Source: Malacoraja senta
Lineage: Eukaryota
Assembly: GCA_038087875.1 (NCBI GenBank)
Contig: CM075994.1
Location: 11,100,001-11,164,000, forward strand
DNA: 64,000 nt
Reading direction: 5' to 3'
Shown here: piece by piece, positions 49,220-64,000 of the stretch
Layout of the letters: each line of letters opens with the position of its first letter
Position numbering within the stretch: position 1 is the stretch's first letter
Position numbers and translations under genes: made by a program
Notes under the pieces: generated by a model
The model's database searches: none
What the model saw: the letters and a program-made list of their open reading frames with translations, nothing else
Told to the model about the DNA's origin: nothing

Positions 49220-49245
49220 CAGCGTCTGCCACAGCCACAGTCGCC

Positions 49246-52200
49246 ATGGCCGCCGCCGGTGGAGCGCTCCTGAACCGGTCCCTAGCGCTTGCCCTTGTCC
49301 CCGCCGCCGCCCACCTGGTGCTGGGGCCGCTGCTGCCCGCCGCCTGGGCTCCGGCCGGCCTGGCCGCGCTGTTACTCGCCGCCTTGGCGCTGGCCCGGGG
49401 CCGGGCCCCGCTGCTCCGCTACACGGTCTGCGCCTGCCTACTGCCGCCGCTCTACGCTGCTCTTCGCCAAGCGCTGAGTCAGCCCCGGCCCCGGCCCCGG
49501 CCTCTCCTGGCCGCTCCTCCTGCTCGCACACGCCGTCTCGGCGTTGGCGTTCACCGCCCTGGAGCGGCTGCCCCGGGCCGCAATATCACCCGGCTCCCTG
49601 GTCCCGGCCGCTCCGGCATCTGGCTCCCGATTCCCGGCCGCCCAGGCGCCCGGCTCCCCACAACCTAACCCGGAGCCGGACGCGGCCGCCCAGCTCCCCC
49701 TGCAGCGGGCCATCACCCGTCGCCTGCTCGCCCTGTCCCGGCCCGACCTGCTCCCGCTCGCCGGCGCCTTCATCTTCCTCGCACTGGCCGTGATCGGTGA
49801 GTGGCGGGGTGGGAGTGGCGGAGTGAGGGAGGGGGGTAAAAGGGATGCGGAGAGGGCGGAGAGGCTCGGCGAGGGGTCGTGGGGACAGCGATGGAGGGGG
49901 ACAGGGATGGGAAGGGTCAGGGGAGTGGAAGTGGGGAGGGACAGGGATGGAGGGGGAGGGACTAGGATGGAGGGGGAGGAGAGGGGGAGGGGAGGGGGAG
50001 GGTGTGAGGTGAGGTCAATAGAGAGAGATCATCGAGAGTGAGGAGGGGCGGAGTGGCTTCTTGGAATAACGGGATGCTGTGGGGGTCTGGCTGGGTGTGA
50101 GGGAAGGAGGGGTGGAGATGGGAGTGTGGGGATGGGGGGGGATGGGACTTGGAGACAGGGAACAGTGTGTGGCTGAGCCTGGAGATCGGGAGTGAGGGGA
50201 AACGACTGAGCGACCTGAAGTGAGGGTGGAGGCAGCGAGAGTGAGAGGGGAAGGAACGGTGAGGAGATTGAGCAAGTGGCAGAACGGTCTGGGACAGAGA
50301 GGGTGCGGTGGGGTCTGGGAAGGAGGGAAGAGGACGAGACGGACTGGATCCTGATGGGAGATTCGGAGTAAGAATTGTAGTAAACCCGGGAGGAGGCGGA
50401 GAGATCCAGGGGAACGGGGAATCACGGAGCAGAATGGAAGGAGACATTAGTAACTACAACACCGTTCCCCTTCTACCCCCTCATCGCCCGCCCTCCTCCC
50501 CTCTGCCCAACCTGGACGTACCTATATCTCCTCTTCCCCACCCCTCCCTATCCCCCCCACCTCTCCCCTTCCCCACCTCCTCCCTCCCCCACCTCTCACC
50601 TTCCCCACCTCTCCCCTTCCCCACCCCCACCTCTCCCCTTCCCCACCTCTTACCTTTCCCACCTCTCCCCTTCCTCTTTCCCCACCCCTCACTCTCCCTC
50701 CCCAACCTCCGCCCTCCTCCACCTCTCCCCTTCCTCCTTCCCCACCTCTCCCCTTCCTCCTCCCCCCTTCCCTTCCACATATATTCCTTTCTCGAGCTTC
50801 ACAATTTACCACTCTTCAATCATTTTGTTTCACCTTTCTTTTCATCTGTCGTGTTTGTTAACCATCTGCCTATCAACTCCCCCTTCCCCACCTGTATGTC
50901 CTGTCCCTCTGCTCTTGCAGCTTTCTTCCTCCACACCCCCCCCCTCCTCCCCTCCCCTCACAATTAGTCTGAAGAAGGATCTTGACCCAAAACGTCACGT
51001 ATTCCTGTTCTCTGGAGATGCTGCGTGACCCACTGAGTTATTCCAGTGACAGACGCAAAGTGCTGGAGCAACTGAGCGGTTCAAGCAACATCTCTGTAGA
51101 TAAAGGATGGGTGACGTTTTAAGTCAGGACCCTTCTTCAGACGGAGAGAAGGGGGTTGGGGAGGGAGCTGGAGGCGATAAAAGACCAGGACAAATCAGGG
51201 CTGGTAGCAGATGATCTCAAGCAGGGTGGTGGTGCCGTGGTAAGCTAATTGTTGGCTAAGGAAAGTGTGGTCTCAAGAGGGATACATTGTGGCAAACTGT
51301 GGAGCTACTTACAGTGGTTACAATGTTACAATGTTACAATGCCTAGTTACAATGGTTACCATGGTACCTTATTTGTCACATGTAGTGAGATACAATGAAA
51401 TTCATTTTTGGATACAGTTCAGTACAGATATCAGTCTTCATAAATACATTTTAGATCAGCATCTCAGATGCAGTATAAGTGTATAGCAGTACTACTGCTG
51501 GGTTGAGAGGATGTTTCCACTTGGAGAGTCTGGGACCATAGGTCATAGCCTCACAATTAAAGTAGGTTCCTTTAGGAAGGAGATGAGGAGGAATTTCTTT
51601 AGTCAGAGGGTGGTGAATTTGTGGAATTCATTACCACAGAAGGCTGTGAACGTCAAGTCAATAGATACAGTATGTTTGAGGCAGAGATAGATATATTCTT
51701 GATTAGTACAGGTGTCAGGGGTTATGTGGAGAGGGTAAGGGAATGGGGTTAAGAGGGAGAGATAGATCAGCCATGACTGAATTGTGGAGTAGACTTGAAG
51801 AGCCGAATGGTCTAATTCTGTCCCTATCACTTATGAACATGATCTTATGTACACTGAGGCAGCACAAAAATAGTCAACAGTTTTGGCACCATGTTCAAAT
51901 TCCAGTTGTAAGTGCAGGGATCTTGATCTGACCATGAAGGTCCATTGTTGCAGGGTCGGCCTGGCCAAGCATAGTGCGTAGTCCTCCACTGCTCCTCCAT
52001 GGCCGTGCGCCGCATCCGGTCCACGTGCTCAGCCTCTTGGAGCAGCTCCCAGTCCAGCTGAGCCCCAGGCTGCTGCAGGGCCTCCAGCGGCCCACTCCCC
52101 CGTCTAAACACTGCAAACCCTCCCGCAGCCAGTCTGCATTTGGAATCCTCCCACTCTGGGCCGGTGAGCTGGGCCTTCCAGGCGAGTTCCCGCTACGCGG

Positions 52201-55200
52201 TAGGTAAGCCGGGACTGCTGGTGGGAGGCGGCAAGGAGGGAGGGAGGGGAATGTTAGTCCGATAGACGCAACAAGCTGGAATAACTCAGCAGGTCAGACA
52301 GCATCTCTTGAGAAAAGGAATTGGTGATGTTTCGGATCAAGACTCTTCCTCAGTAAGGTTCAGTAAGGTTGCTTGAACTGAGAGAATTCAACGTTGATAC
52401 TGATGGGTTGTAAGCTGCCCAGGTGAAATATGAGGTGCTGTTCCTCCAATTTGTGTGTGGCCTCACTGGCAATGGAGGAGGCCCACGACAGAAAGGTCAG
52501 TGTAGGAATGGGAAGGGTTGTTAAAATGGTTGGCAACTGAGAGATCACGTAGTCCTCAGCAGATATTCCAGCATTGTGTATATTTTCTTAAGCCAGTATC
52601 TGCAGTTCCTAGTAACCACGGGCGACGTCAGTGTCCAGGACAATTCGCAGTCTGAAGAAGGGTCTCGACCCAAAATGTCACACATACCCTCTCTCCAGAG
52701 ATGCTGCCTGTCCCGCTGAGTTATTCCAGCTTTTTGTGTCTATCTAGTGTCCAGGACAAAGCAGTTGTGGAGTGATCAAGGTACAGGGCTGTAAGGGAAT
52801 CCTGCATGTTGCCAGGACATGTGCAACCACACATCTCCTCTGAATATTGATCCACTCCTCAAACCTATGCTCTTTAGTATTTTATATTTCCATTCTGGGA
52901 ATCTGACTATCTACTCTGTGGTGCGACATGATGCACTGTGGAAGATTACACCCTCCCTCCCTCTCTCCTCCCTCTCTCCCATGCATCCCCTCTTTCTCCC
53001 ACACTCCTCACCCACACCCTTCACCCCTCACCCTCTCTCACCCCTCACCCCTCATCCCTCACCCTCCCACACCTCACCCCCTCACCGTCCCACACCCCTC
53101 ACCCTCCCACACCCTCACCCCTCACCCTCTCAACCTTCACCCTCCAACACCCCTCACCCTCCCACAGCCTCACCCTCCCACATCCCTCACCCCCTCACCC
53201 TCCCACCCCTCACCCTCCTACACCGCTCACCATCCCACCCCTTCATTCCTCCTCCTCCACTACCCCTCACCCCCGCCTCCACTAGCCCTCACGCTCCCCT
53301 ATCCCTCATCCTCCAAAACCTTCACCCATATCCCTTTCACACCCCACAACCCATCCACACCCCTCACACTCCCCTGCCCCTCACCCCCTCCCTCACCCCT
53401 CATCCTCCCTCACCCCGTCACCTACCCCTCACCCACACCCCTCCTAAACCCCTCACCCTCACACCCCTTACCCTCCTACACCCCACACCCCTCACCCACG
53501 CCCATGAGCATCCCGTGCGCTTCACGTACACCCCTCAGCCACCCCACACACCTCACCCACACACTCTGCACCCACCCACACCACACATACCCACACCACC
53601 CACATCCATCACACACACCCCTCCCCCTCACCCTCCAACATCCCTCACCCATATAACCCAACCTCTCACCCACCCCTCTCTCTTCACCCACCCCTCTCCC
53701 CACCGCATCCTCTTCCCACCCCTTCCTCTAACCACCCCACCCCCTGCACCCCTCTCCCTCTCCCTCTCCCTCTCCCTCTTCCCTTCTCCTCTGTTTGCCT
53801 CGTGATCATCCATTCTCGTTTGCGCTCGCTGTGCGTGTTGCCCCTTCCCCGTTGTCCGTGTACTGCCACACTTCCCTTTTCCTCTGCTGGGTTTAATCAG
53901 TTCTCTCTACTCCATTCCAGGGGGGATGCTTGTCCCCTATTACACGGGTAAGGTGATCGACATCCTGGGCTCCCAGTACGACCAGCGAATCTTCCTCTTT
54001 GCCATCTTCTGCATGTGTGCCACATCCATGGGAAGGTGAATATTGCAGAGCGGACCAGCCTCCACAACACTGACGAGCGGGCGAAGGGAGGGGTGGGTGG
54101 GGGTGGGAGGGGGTAGTGGAGGGGGTGAGGGTAGTGGAGAGGGTGGTTGGAGGGGTGGGTGGGGAGGGGGTGTGGTGAGAGGGGGTCGTGGTGGTGGTGG
54201 TGGTGGGAGGGTGTGTGGGAGATGGTGGGGCAGGTGGTGGGGGTAGGGTCATGTTCATAAGTTATAGGAGCAAAATCAGGCCAATCGGCCCATCCTTCTG
54301 AACTTTCTGAATTTTGTAGTCGGCAGGGAAGTACTCTGCATATCGCCAACTTGGACAATTTTACATTTTTTATCAAGCCAATATAAGCCAATTAACCTAC
54401 AAACCTGTATGTCTTTGCAGTGTGGGAGGAAACCTAAGTTCTCGGAGAAAACCCACGCAGATCACGGGAAGAACGTACTAACTGCATACAGACAGCACCC
54501 GTAGTCGGGATCGAACCCGGGTCTCTGGCGCTGCATTTTGCTGTAAGGCAGCAACTCTACCGCTGTGCCACTGACTGCCCTCAAGTATACTCTGCCATTC
54601 AATCATGGCTGATCTATCTCTCCCTCTTAACCCCATTGTCCTGCCTTCTCCCCATAACACCTTGACACCCGTGCTAATCAGGAATCTATCTATCTCTGTC
54701 TTAAAAATATCCATTGACCTGGCCCCCACAGCCATCCAGAGCAATGAATTCCACAGATTCACCACCCTCTGACTAAATAAATTCCTCCTCATCTCCTTTC
54801 TAGAGAAATGTCCTTTAATTCTGAGGGTGTGCCCTCTAGTCCTGGACTCTCCGACTAGTGGAAACATCCTCTCCACATCCACTCTATCCAAGCCTTTCAC
54901 TATTCGGGGGGGAAGGAGGTCCCGGGACAAGGCACATATTCACCCCCAATGAACAGAGGCTGGCCACGACGTTCCCAGCCAGGACAGATGGAGACAGTGA
55001 GTCTGACTGTGGCCAGACCAGACAGACCCACCGTGACTGTGTGGGCTTCCTCCGGGTGCTCCGGTTTCTTCCCACCTCCCTCACTAAGTTGCCCCTGCAA
55101 GACTCGCGGGTCCAGTAATTAGCCGTGCCAGTCAGTGGCTGAACCAGACGCGGGCAGCACAACGGCGCAGCCAGAGAAACGGGTTTGATCCTGACCTCGG

Positions 55201-55863
55201 GTGCTCTCTGTGTTGTTAGTGATTGCGTGGGTTTTCTCCAGGTGCTCCGGTTTCCTCCCACATCCCAAAGACGTCCGGGTTTGTAGGTGGTATAGGAAGG
55301 ATCTGCAGTTGCTGGTTTAAAACAAAGATAGACACAAAACGCTGGAGTAACTCAGTGGGTCAGACAGCATATCTGGAGAAAAGGAATAGGTGACTTTTCG
55401 GGTCGGAAGAAGGGTCTCACCCGAAACATCACCTCTTCCTTTTGTCCAGAGATGCTGTCTGACTCGCTGAGTTACTCCAGCTTTTTGTGTCTATCTTCAG
55501 GAGTGTAGGTTATTTGGCCTCTCTTAATTACTGTTTGTGTGTGGGGAGTGGGTGAGAAACTGGGATAACAGAGAACTAGTGGGAACGGGTGATCGACGAT
55601 GAGCATGGACTTGGTGGGCCGCAGGGCATGTTTCTGAGCGGTATCTTTGAAAATAAAGAGCAAGGAGGTCGTGGGGTCTACCACTGACACTGAGACTAAC
55701 TCAGACACTGAACGTGGGACTTGTTTTGTCAGTTCCATTGCAGCCGGTGTGCGCGGAGGCCTCTTCATGTTCACCATGTCCAGGCTCAGCAGACGCATTC
55801 GTAGTCAGCTCTTCTCCTCCCTGGTGCAGCAGGAGATCGCATTCTTTGACGCCATCAAGACTG
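49246..55863 (+). pseudogene. TAP2: TAP2 (ABCB3)-like coding exons 1-3, copy 2: 49246-49796, 53921-54035, 55733-55863; same exon 1 frameshift
   Basis: Same exons and splice sites as copy 1. No exon 4 was recognised before the window end, so the gene may continue beyond it. Confidence 0.82.
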
Positions 55864-56887
55864 GTAAGGATACAGCGACGCTGCCCAATATCACTGCAGC
55901 CACCTGGTGATGTGAGGCTGCCATTAGTCATACACACACACAAGGTGCTGGACAAGATGGGCTGAAGGGCCTGTTTGTATGCTCTATAGATTTGAGACTC
56001 GAATAATTCTAGAATAGTGAAATGCCAGGATAGAGTGAATGTGGAGAGGACGTTTCCACTAACGGGAGCGTCTAGGATGAGAGGCCGTAGCCTTAGAATA
56101 AAAGGACGTTCCTTTGGACGAGATGAGAACGGATTTCTTCAGTCAAAGGGTGGTGAATCTGCAGAATTCATTGCTACGGGCAGCTATGGAGGCCAATAGA
56201 CATTTTTAAGGTGGAGATTGATAGGTTCATTGGTACATGTGTCAGAGGGTAGGGGAGAATTCAGGAGAATGGGGTTGAGAGGGAAAGATAAATCATCCAT
56301 GATTGAATGGCAGAGTAGACTTGATGGGCCGAACGGCCTAATCCTGCTCCTAGAAATTATGAACATATGAGACTTTATTAGGCCTCCTCCCTGAAGAATT
56401 ATAATAGGATCTTGATCAGCTGGTCATATGGGCTGAGGAATGGCTGATGGTGATAAGTGCAAGGTTTTGTAGTATGGGATGTCAAACCAGGGCAGGACCT
56501 TTGTAGTCAATGGTAGGGCCTTGAAAGATGTGTAGAGCAGAGGGATGTAGGACTGCAAATACGTAGTCCCCAAAATGGTGTTGTAAGTAGATTGGGCGTT
56601 GAGCTTAACATCTGTTGTTGTAAAGTTACTGGAGAGTATTCTGATGGATAGGATTAATAGGCATTTAGATGAACAAGGGCTGATTCGGGATAGTCAGCAT
56701 GGAATTGTATGTGGGAGGTCATATCTCACGAATCTGATTACGTTTTTTGAAGATGTGACCAAAAAGGTTGATGAGATGGAAATGGCCCTTTCTTTGGAAA
56801 GTGAATCAAAATGTCACACGTGTGACTAGACATATTTGACCTCCTTCCCAAAACAAACATTGTCAGCATCTTCTATCTATATTTAAA

Positions 56888-57031
<144 letters not shown>

Positions 57032-58754
57032 TTTGTGTGTGTCTGCGTGTCTTGTGGCTGCCAGCCTTTGATTTCTCGCTACGCCAACACCACACGCAGA
57101 AACGCCGAGATTTTTTGCATTTCGGTAGAGATTTCACTTTTCATTCCGAGTAGCCACTCCTAATTACATTTCGTCGTGTTTATGTACACATTTTTAATAA
57201 AATCCTTCTCCGCCCCCCCCAAAATTTCAAAATGTAAAAAAAAAAAAACAGCTCTCACCTATAGAATGTTGGTGAACGTTCCATCGTGTGATGTCACAAT
57301 GCCCAATGCTCACATATGTCCAATCGGAATGGATCCATTTACATATGCCTTTGCACAGCCCCAGCCCCAGCCCCTCCACCCCACCCCCGCAGCCTGTGTC
57401 GAAGCGCGTCATCACGTGTGTGGGAATAGCGAAAGAGGATTGGGGGTGATAGGGAATGGGGAACAGATGGACTGTGCCTACCCCACCCCCTTCCACTCTC
57501 CCTCCACACTATTTCCCCTCTCTCCCCCCACCCCTCTCCCCCTCCCTCCACACTCTTTCCCCTCCCTCCCCTACCCCATCTCACTCCTCCCCACTCTCCT
57601 CCCCTCCCCACACCTCTCTGCCCCTCCCCATCCCTCTCTCCCCTCCACATCCCTCTCTCCTCCCCCTCTCCATCTCCCTCTCCTCCCCCTCTCCCTCTCT
57701 CCCCCTCCTCCTCCCACCTCCATCCCTCTCTCTCCACCCCCCTTCCCTCTCCCCCTTCCCTCTCCCCCTTCCCTTTCCCCTACCCCTCTGTCCCTCTTCG
57801 TCCACTCCCCCTACCCCTCCCTCCCCACTCTTGCACTTCTCTCCCCCTTACCCCACCCCTCTCCCTCTCCCTCCCCCACCCCTCTCTCTCCCTCTCCCTT
57901 CCACCTCCCTCCCCTCTCTCCCCACCCCCTTCTCCATTCACACCCTCCCTCCTCTACCCCATCTCCCTAATCCCCTCCCTCTTCCATCCCTTCCCCCTCC
58001 CCACACCTCTCACCCTCCCCATCCCTCTCCCCCCCACCCCCTTCTCTCTCTCCACCCCTTCCCTCTATCCCCCCACCCCCTTCCCACTCCCCCACTCTTC
58101 CCCCTCCCTACACACTCCCTCCAAGTCCATAACGTGGACTTCAGCTAAGCATTCGACAAGATTCCACATGGTAGGCTGCTGTGGGAGGGTAGATTGCAGG
58201 GGATCCAAGGAGAGGTAGATAGCTGAATGGATTGAAAATTAGCTTCATTGAAGGAAGCAGAGGGTGATGGTGGAACGTTGCTCCTCGGACTGGAGGCATG
58301 TGACTAGTGGGGTGCCTCCGGGTTTGGTGCTGGGCCCATTACTGTTAGTCATCTATATCAATGATTTGGATGAGAATGTAACATGGCAAGATTAGCAAGT
58401 TTGCCGATGATTTTAAGAAAGTGAGTGGTATTGCAGATAATGAAAATGGTTGTGAAAATTTGCAGCAGGATTTGGATCGATTGGCCAGGTGGGTGGAAGA
58501 AGAGTTGATGGAATTTAAGACAGAGATATGTGAGATTCTACATTTTGGAAAGTCTAACATGGGCAGGACCTACACAGTGAATGGTAGGACTCTGGGGAGT
58601 GTTGTGGAGTAGAGGGATTTCGAGGGCCTGAGCTATAAAGAGAGGTTGAGTAGGCTGGAGTTTATTCTTTGGAGCGCAGGAGGATGAGGGGTGATCTTAT
58701 AGAGGTGTATAAATCATGAGGTATAGATGGGGTAGATGCACAGTCTCTTGCCAA

Positions 58755-61700
58755 GAGCCTTGTTAAGGTGAAGTGCCCTGGTGAGTAATGTGCAAGTCTT
58801 TGGCTCAAGAGTCTTCGGCGAGGAGGGTGAGGCAAGGAGGCTACACTTGTTTGAAATTGTGACTTTTTTCTTCTGAAGAAATGGCAGGCAAGTTGGAACA
58901 GTGTGTTTCCTGCAGGATGTGACAAGACAGGGACACTGCTGGTGCTTCTGGGAATTACACCTGCAGAAATTGTGTCCAGGTGCAGCTCCTGAACGAACAT
59001 GTTAGGGAACTGGAGAAGCAGCTGGATGAGCTCAGGGCCATCCGTGAAAATGTGAGTTTCCTGGACAGGACCTACAGTGAGGTTGTCACGCCAAGGATAC
59101 AGGAAGAACGAAGGTGAGTGAGTGTGAGAAAGGGGAGTAACCGTGGAGTGCAGGAGACCCCGGTGGCTGTGCCACGTGGAAACAGGTGCACCCTTTTGGG
59201 AGCTGTCGGGGCAGACGATGGTTCCTGTCCGAGCGGCGGACAGGTCGGTGGCTCCAATCCTGGCGATGAGACTCGACTCGCAAGACTGACGTCGGGCAGA
59301 GCTATAGTGGCGGGTGACTCCATTGTCCGAGGTGCGGACTGGAGATTCTGTGGTGGCAGGCAAAACTCACGCATGGCATGTTGCCTCGCTGGTGCCGGGG
59401 TTCAAGATATCATGAACTGTATTCAGAACATCCTTGAGAGAGAAGGTGAACAACTGGCAGTAGTTGTGCACGTGGACACAAACGACGTTGGGAAGAAGAG
59501 GAAGGAGGTTCTGCAACGTGTGTTTAGAGAGTTAGGAAGAAGACTGAAAAGCAGGACTTCTAGGGTGGTTATCTCCGGATTGCTTCCAGTACCTCGTGCT
59601 AGTGAGGGCAGGATCAAGGAGATAGGGGGTCTGAATATGTGGCTGGGGGCATGGTGCTAGGAGCAAGGATGTAGCTTTATAAACCACTGGGATCTCTTCT
59701 GGGGTAGGGGTGACCTGTACAAAAGGGACGGTTTACACCATAATTGGAAGGGGACCTACGTTCTGGCAGGCAGGTTTGCTCGGGCTACACGTGTGGGTTT
59801 AAACTAAATAGTGGGGGCGAGGGTTTGACAAAATGGGAGTATAAAGATGCAGTTCAAGGGGAAATGAGTTCAGGAAAAGTTACAAAAGACTCCCGACTTA
59901 ATGGGAACGAAAGTTCGAGAAGGGGTAAGAGAGTAACATCTGGGCCAATAGTGACCGGTGTGAGAGGGGAGGTGAATACCGAAGTCAATGTGTTGTATAT
60001 GAATGTGCGAAGTATAATAAATAAAGTGGATGAGCTTGAGGCTCTGTTAGAAATTGGCAAGTATGATGTTGTGGGAATTACAGAGACATGGCTGCAAGAG
60101 GGCCAGGGCTGGGAACTGAATATTCAAGGGTATACATCCTATCGAAAAGACAGCCAGGTGGGCGTTGGAGGTGGGGTAGCTCTGTTGGTGAGGAATGAAA
60201 TGAAGTCCCTTGCGAGGGGTGACATAGAATCAGGAAATGTAGAGTCAGTATGGATAGAACGGAGAAATTGTAAGGGTAAAAATACCCTAATGGGAATTAT
60301 TTACAGGCCCCCAAACAGTAGCCTGGATAAAGGGTGCACGTTGAATCAAGAGTTAAAATTGGCATGTGGTAAAGGTAATGCTACGGTTGTTATGGGAGAT
60401 TTCAACACGTGGGTAGATTAGGGAAATCAGGTTGGTACTGTACCCCAAGATAGGGAGTTTGTGAAGTGCCTTCGTGATGGATTCTTAGATCAGCTTGTAT
60501 TGGAGCCTACCAGGGAGAAGGCAATTTTGGATCTAGTGTTGTGTGATGAACCGGATTTGATAAGGGAACTTGAGGTAAAGTAGCCATTAGGAGGTAGTGA
60601 CCATAATATGATACGTTTTAATCTAAAATTGGAGAGGGAGAAGGGTAAATCGGAGATGTCAGTATTACAGTTGAACAAAGGGGAATGTGGAGCCATGAGG
60701 GAGGAACTGGCCAAAGTTGACTGGAAAGATACCCTAGCAGGGATGACAGTGGAACAACAATAACGGATATTTCTGGGAATAATACAGAATATGTAGGATC
60801 AGTTCATTCCAAAGAGGAAGATTGATTCCAAGGGGAGTAAGGGGCGACCGTGGCTGACAAGGGAAGTCAGGGACAGTATAAAAATTTAAGAGAAGATGTA
60901 TAACATAGCAAAGATGAGCGGGAAGCCAGAGGATTGGGGAACTTTTAAAGAGCCACAGAAGATAACGAAAAAGGCAATACGGGAAGAAAAGACGAGGTAC
61001 GAAGGTAAGCTAGCCAAGAAAATAAAGGAGGATAGCAAAAGCTTATTTAGGTATGTGAAGAGGAAAAAAATCGTTAATACCAAAATTGGACCCTTGAAGA
61101 CTGTAAAGGGCGAATTTTATTATGGGGAGCAAGGAAATGGCAGACGAGTTGAACAGGTACTTTGGATCCGTCTTCACTAAGGAGGACACAAACAATCTCC
61201 CTGCTGTACTAGTGGCCAGAGGAACTAGGGTGACGGAGTGAAGGAAATCCACATTCGGCAGGAAATGGTGTTGGATAGACTGATGGGACTGAAGGCTGAT
61301 AAATCCCCAGGGCCTGATGGTCTGTATCCCAGGGTACTTAAGGAAGTGGCTCTAGAAATTGTGGACGTATTGGTGATCATTTTCCAATGTTCTGTAGATT
61401 CAGGATCAGTTCCTGTGGATTGGCGGGTAGCTAACGTTATCCCACTTTTTAAGAAAGGCGGGAGAGAGAAAACATGGAGTTATAGACCAGTTAGCCAGAC
61501 ATCGGTGATGGGGAAGATGCTGGAGTCAATTATAAATGATGAAATAGCGGCACATTTGGATAGCAGTAGCAGGATTGTTCCGAGTCAGCATGGATTTACG
61601 AAGGGAAAGATGTTCCATGTAACTGGGGAAAATGACAAGGGAGAGCCAGTGGATGTAGTGTACCTGGATTTTCAGAAAACATTTGATAAGGTCCCACATA

Positions 61701-61805
61701 GGAGATTATTGGGCAAAATTGGAGCACATGGTATTGTTGCTGACGGGTGGAAAATTGGTTGGCAGACAGGAAACAAAGAGTAGGGATTAATGGGTACCTT
61801 TCAGT
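58755..61805 (+). mobile_element. CR1 LINE with ORF1 (zinc finger, esterase) and ORF2 (APE, RT), decayed
   Basis: IVAGDSIVRG and VHVDTND (59118-59660), APE in 59744-60421, RT in 61238-61783. Confidence 0.92.
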
Positions 61806-61960
61806 TACCCTACAAACCTGTGCGTCTATGGAGTGTGGGAGAAAAAAGAGCACCCGGAGAAAACCCACGCCATCATGGGGAGAAGGTACAAACTCCGTAC
61901 AGACAGCAGCCGTAGTCAGGATTGAACCCAGGGCTCTGGCGCTGTGATGCAGCAACTCTC
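61806..61960 (-). mobile_element. HE1/V-SINE-type SINE fragment
   Basis: B box GGTTCAATCC and V-domain, homologous to 40640-40800. Confidence 0.7.
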
Positions 61961-62854
61961 TGTGCGGATAGAGGTGCAAACAATTATGAGGGGCGTAAAT
62001 GTAGTAAATACTGGAAACAATCTACAGAGGGTTCTTGCAGAGCAAGTCCATAGCTCCATGTAAGTGTGAACACAAGCAGATACAGTGATTAAAAGGGTAT
62101 ATAGTGTGCATGCCTTCATCGGTGGGGACATTGAATATAAGAGTCAATTTGTAGCTTTATAGAACTGTGGTCAGGCCGCATTTGGACCATTGCATGTAGT
62201 TTTGGTCGCTCCATTACAGGCTGGATATGAAGGCTCAGGAGAGGGTGCAGCAGAAGTGGTTCAGAGGAGAATAACTGAATTCGGGTGTAGGAGAGGTTTG
62301 ACAAACCTGGACTGATTTCTCTGAAGCAGCAAAGGTTGAAGGAAAAACTTGTAGAAGCACAGAAAAGTGAGAGAGAAATAGATAGGTTCGACAGTTAGGT
62401 TTTGTTTACACGCAGGGTGGAAATGTCAACGATTAAAAGGTTTAACTTTATGGTCAGAGGGGGCTATTTTAAAAGAAATGTGCAGGGCAACATTTTGTTT
62501 GCACAGAGAGCGGCGAGTGCCTGGAACGCGTTGACAGAGATAGTGGTGTGGAGAGATAATGGGGTTTAAGACTGTGTTGATAGACAGAGGGATATGGTGA
62601 GAGATGGAAGGATATGAAGGAATATAGATGGATAGGGAATGAAATGAATCACATAGTGTATGAGGATATTACTTTAACGTGGCATCATGTTCGACACAGA
62701 CATTGTTGGCACACGTGCCCGTCCCTGTTCTATATTCGATAGACTTTCAAACATGCCAGTTGTATCTAAAACTAGATAATGTGGGTTTAGGGAAGTTAGT
62801 TGGTTTGAAGGTGATCTGAATAACAATTAATCCCACAGAGGCTGATTGTAAAAG

Positions 62855-64000
62855 TTGGTGGCGTAGCGTTGCTGGTTAGAGAGGAGATTAACGCAATAGA
62901 AAGGAATGACATTAGCTAGGATGTGGAAACGATATGGGTAGAGCTGCGAAACACTAAGGGGCAGAAAACGCTAGTGGGAGTTGTGTACAGGCCACCTAAC
63001 AGTAGTAGTGGAGTTAGGGATGGCATCAAACAGGAAATTAGAAATGCGTGCAACAAAGGTAAAACAGTTATAATGGGTGACTTCAATCTACATATAGATT
63101 GGGTGAATCAAATTGGCAGGGGTGCTGAGGAAGAGGATTTCTTGGAATGTATGCGGGATAGTTTTCTAAATCAACATGTAGAGGAACCAACGAGAGAACA
63201 GGCTATTCCAGACCGGATATTGAGTAACGAGGAAGGGTTGGTTAGCAGTCTTGTTGTGCGTGGCCCCTTGGGCAAGAGTGATCATATTATGGTTGAGTTC
63301 TTCATTAGGATGGAGAGTGACATTGTTAATTCAGAAACAAGGGTTCTGAACTTCAAGAAGGATAACTTTGAGGGTATGAGACGTGAATTGGCCAAGATAG
63401 ACTGGCAAGTGATTCTTAAAGGGTTGACGATGGATATGCAATGGAAGGCATTTAAAGACTGCATGGATGAACTACAACAATTGTTCATCCCAGTTTGGCA
63501 AAAGAATAAATCAGGGAAGGTTGCGCATCCGTGGATAACAAGGGAAATCGGGGATAGTATCAAAACAAAAGATGAAGCATACAAATTAGCCAGAAAAAGC
63601 ATCCTACCAGAGGACTGGGAGAAATTCAGTCCAGCAGAGGAGGACAAATGGCTTAATTAGGAAAGGGAAAATAAATTATGGAAAACAACTGGCAGGGAAC
63701 ATAAAAACTGACTGCAAAAGTTTTTATAGATATGTGAAGAGAAAAAGATTAGTTAAAACAAATGTAGGTCCCTTGCAGTCATAAACTGGTGAATTGATCA
63801 TGGGGAACTAGGATATGGCAGACCAATTGAATAACTACTTAGGTTCTGTCTTCACTAAGGAAGACATAAATAATCTGCCGGAAATAGCAGGGGACCGGGG
63901 GTCAAATGAGATGGAGGAATTGAGTGAAATCCCGGTTAGCCGGGAAGTGGTGTTTGGTAAATTGAATGGATTAAAGGCCGATAAATCCCCAGGGCCAGAC
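62855..64000 (+). mobile_element. CR1 LINE ORF2 (APE and linker) of a different subfamily, running off the window
   Basis: ORF 62923-63660: VGVVYRPPNSS, IMGDFNLHIDW, GKSDH. Confidence 0.92.

Overview
This is repeat-dense vertebrate genomic DNA, most likely from a cartilaginous fish (skate/ray-like), judged from HE1/V-SINE-type SINEs, abundant CR1 LINEs with an esterase ORF1, and Penelope-derived short repeats. The only recognisable host gene is the 5' part (coding exons 1-3) of a TAP2/ABCB3-like peptide transporter. It occurs as two near-identical ~12 kb copies on either side of a 200-N gap, plus a third truncated exon-1 copy. Both long copies share a frameshift in exon 1, and all three keep an ISRE just upstream of the ATG. 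The left half is a nest of mobile elements. It holds four related non-autonomous Helitrons, each with a different central minisatellite, a near full-length Gypsy element, a Penelope element ending in a minimal hammerhead-ribozyme motif, and two copies of a 1.04 kb DNA transposon with apparent 7-bp TSDs. It also contains an old retroviral env gene broken into three pieces and a ~2.7 kb inversion. All calls were made by eye from the sequence, no database searches were run, and repeat boundaries are approximate unless a junction is quoted.
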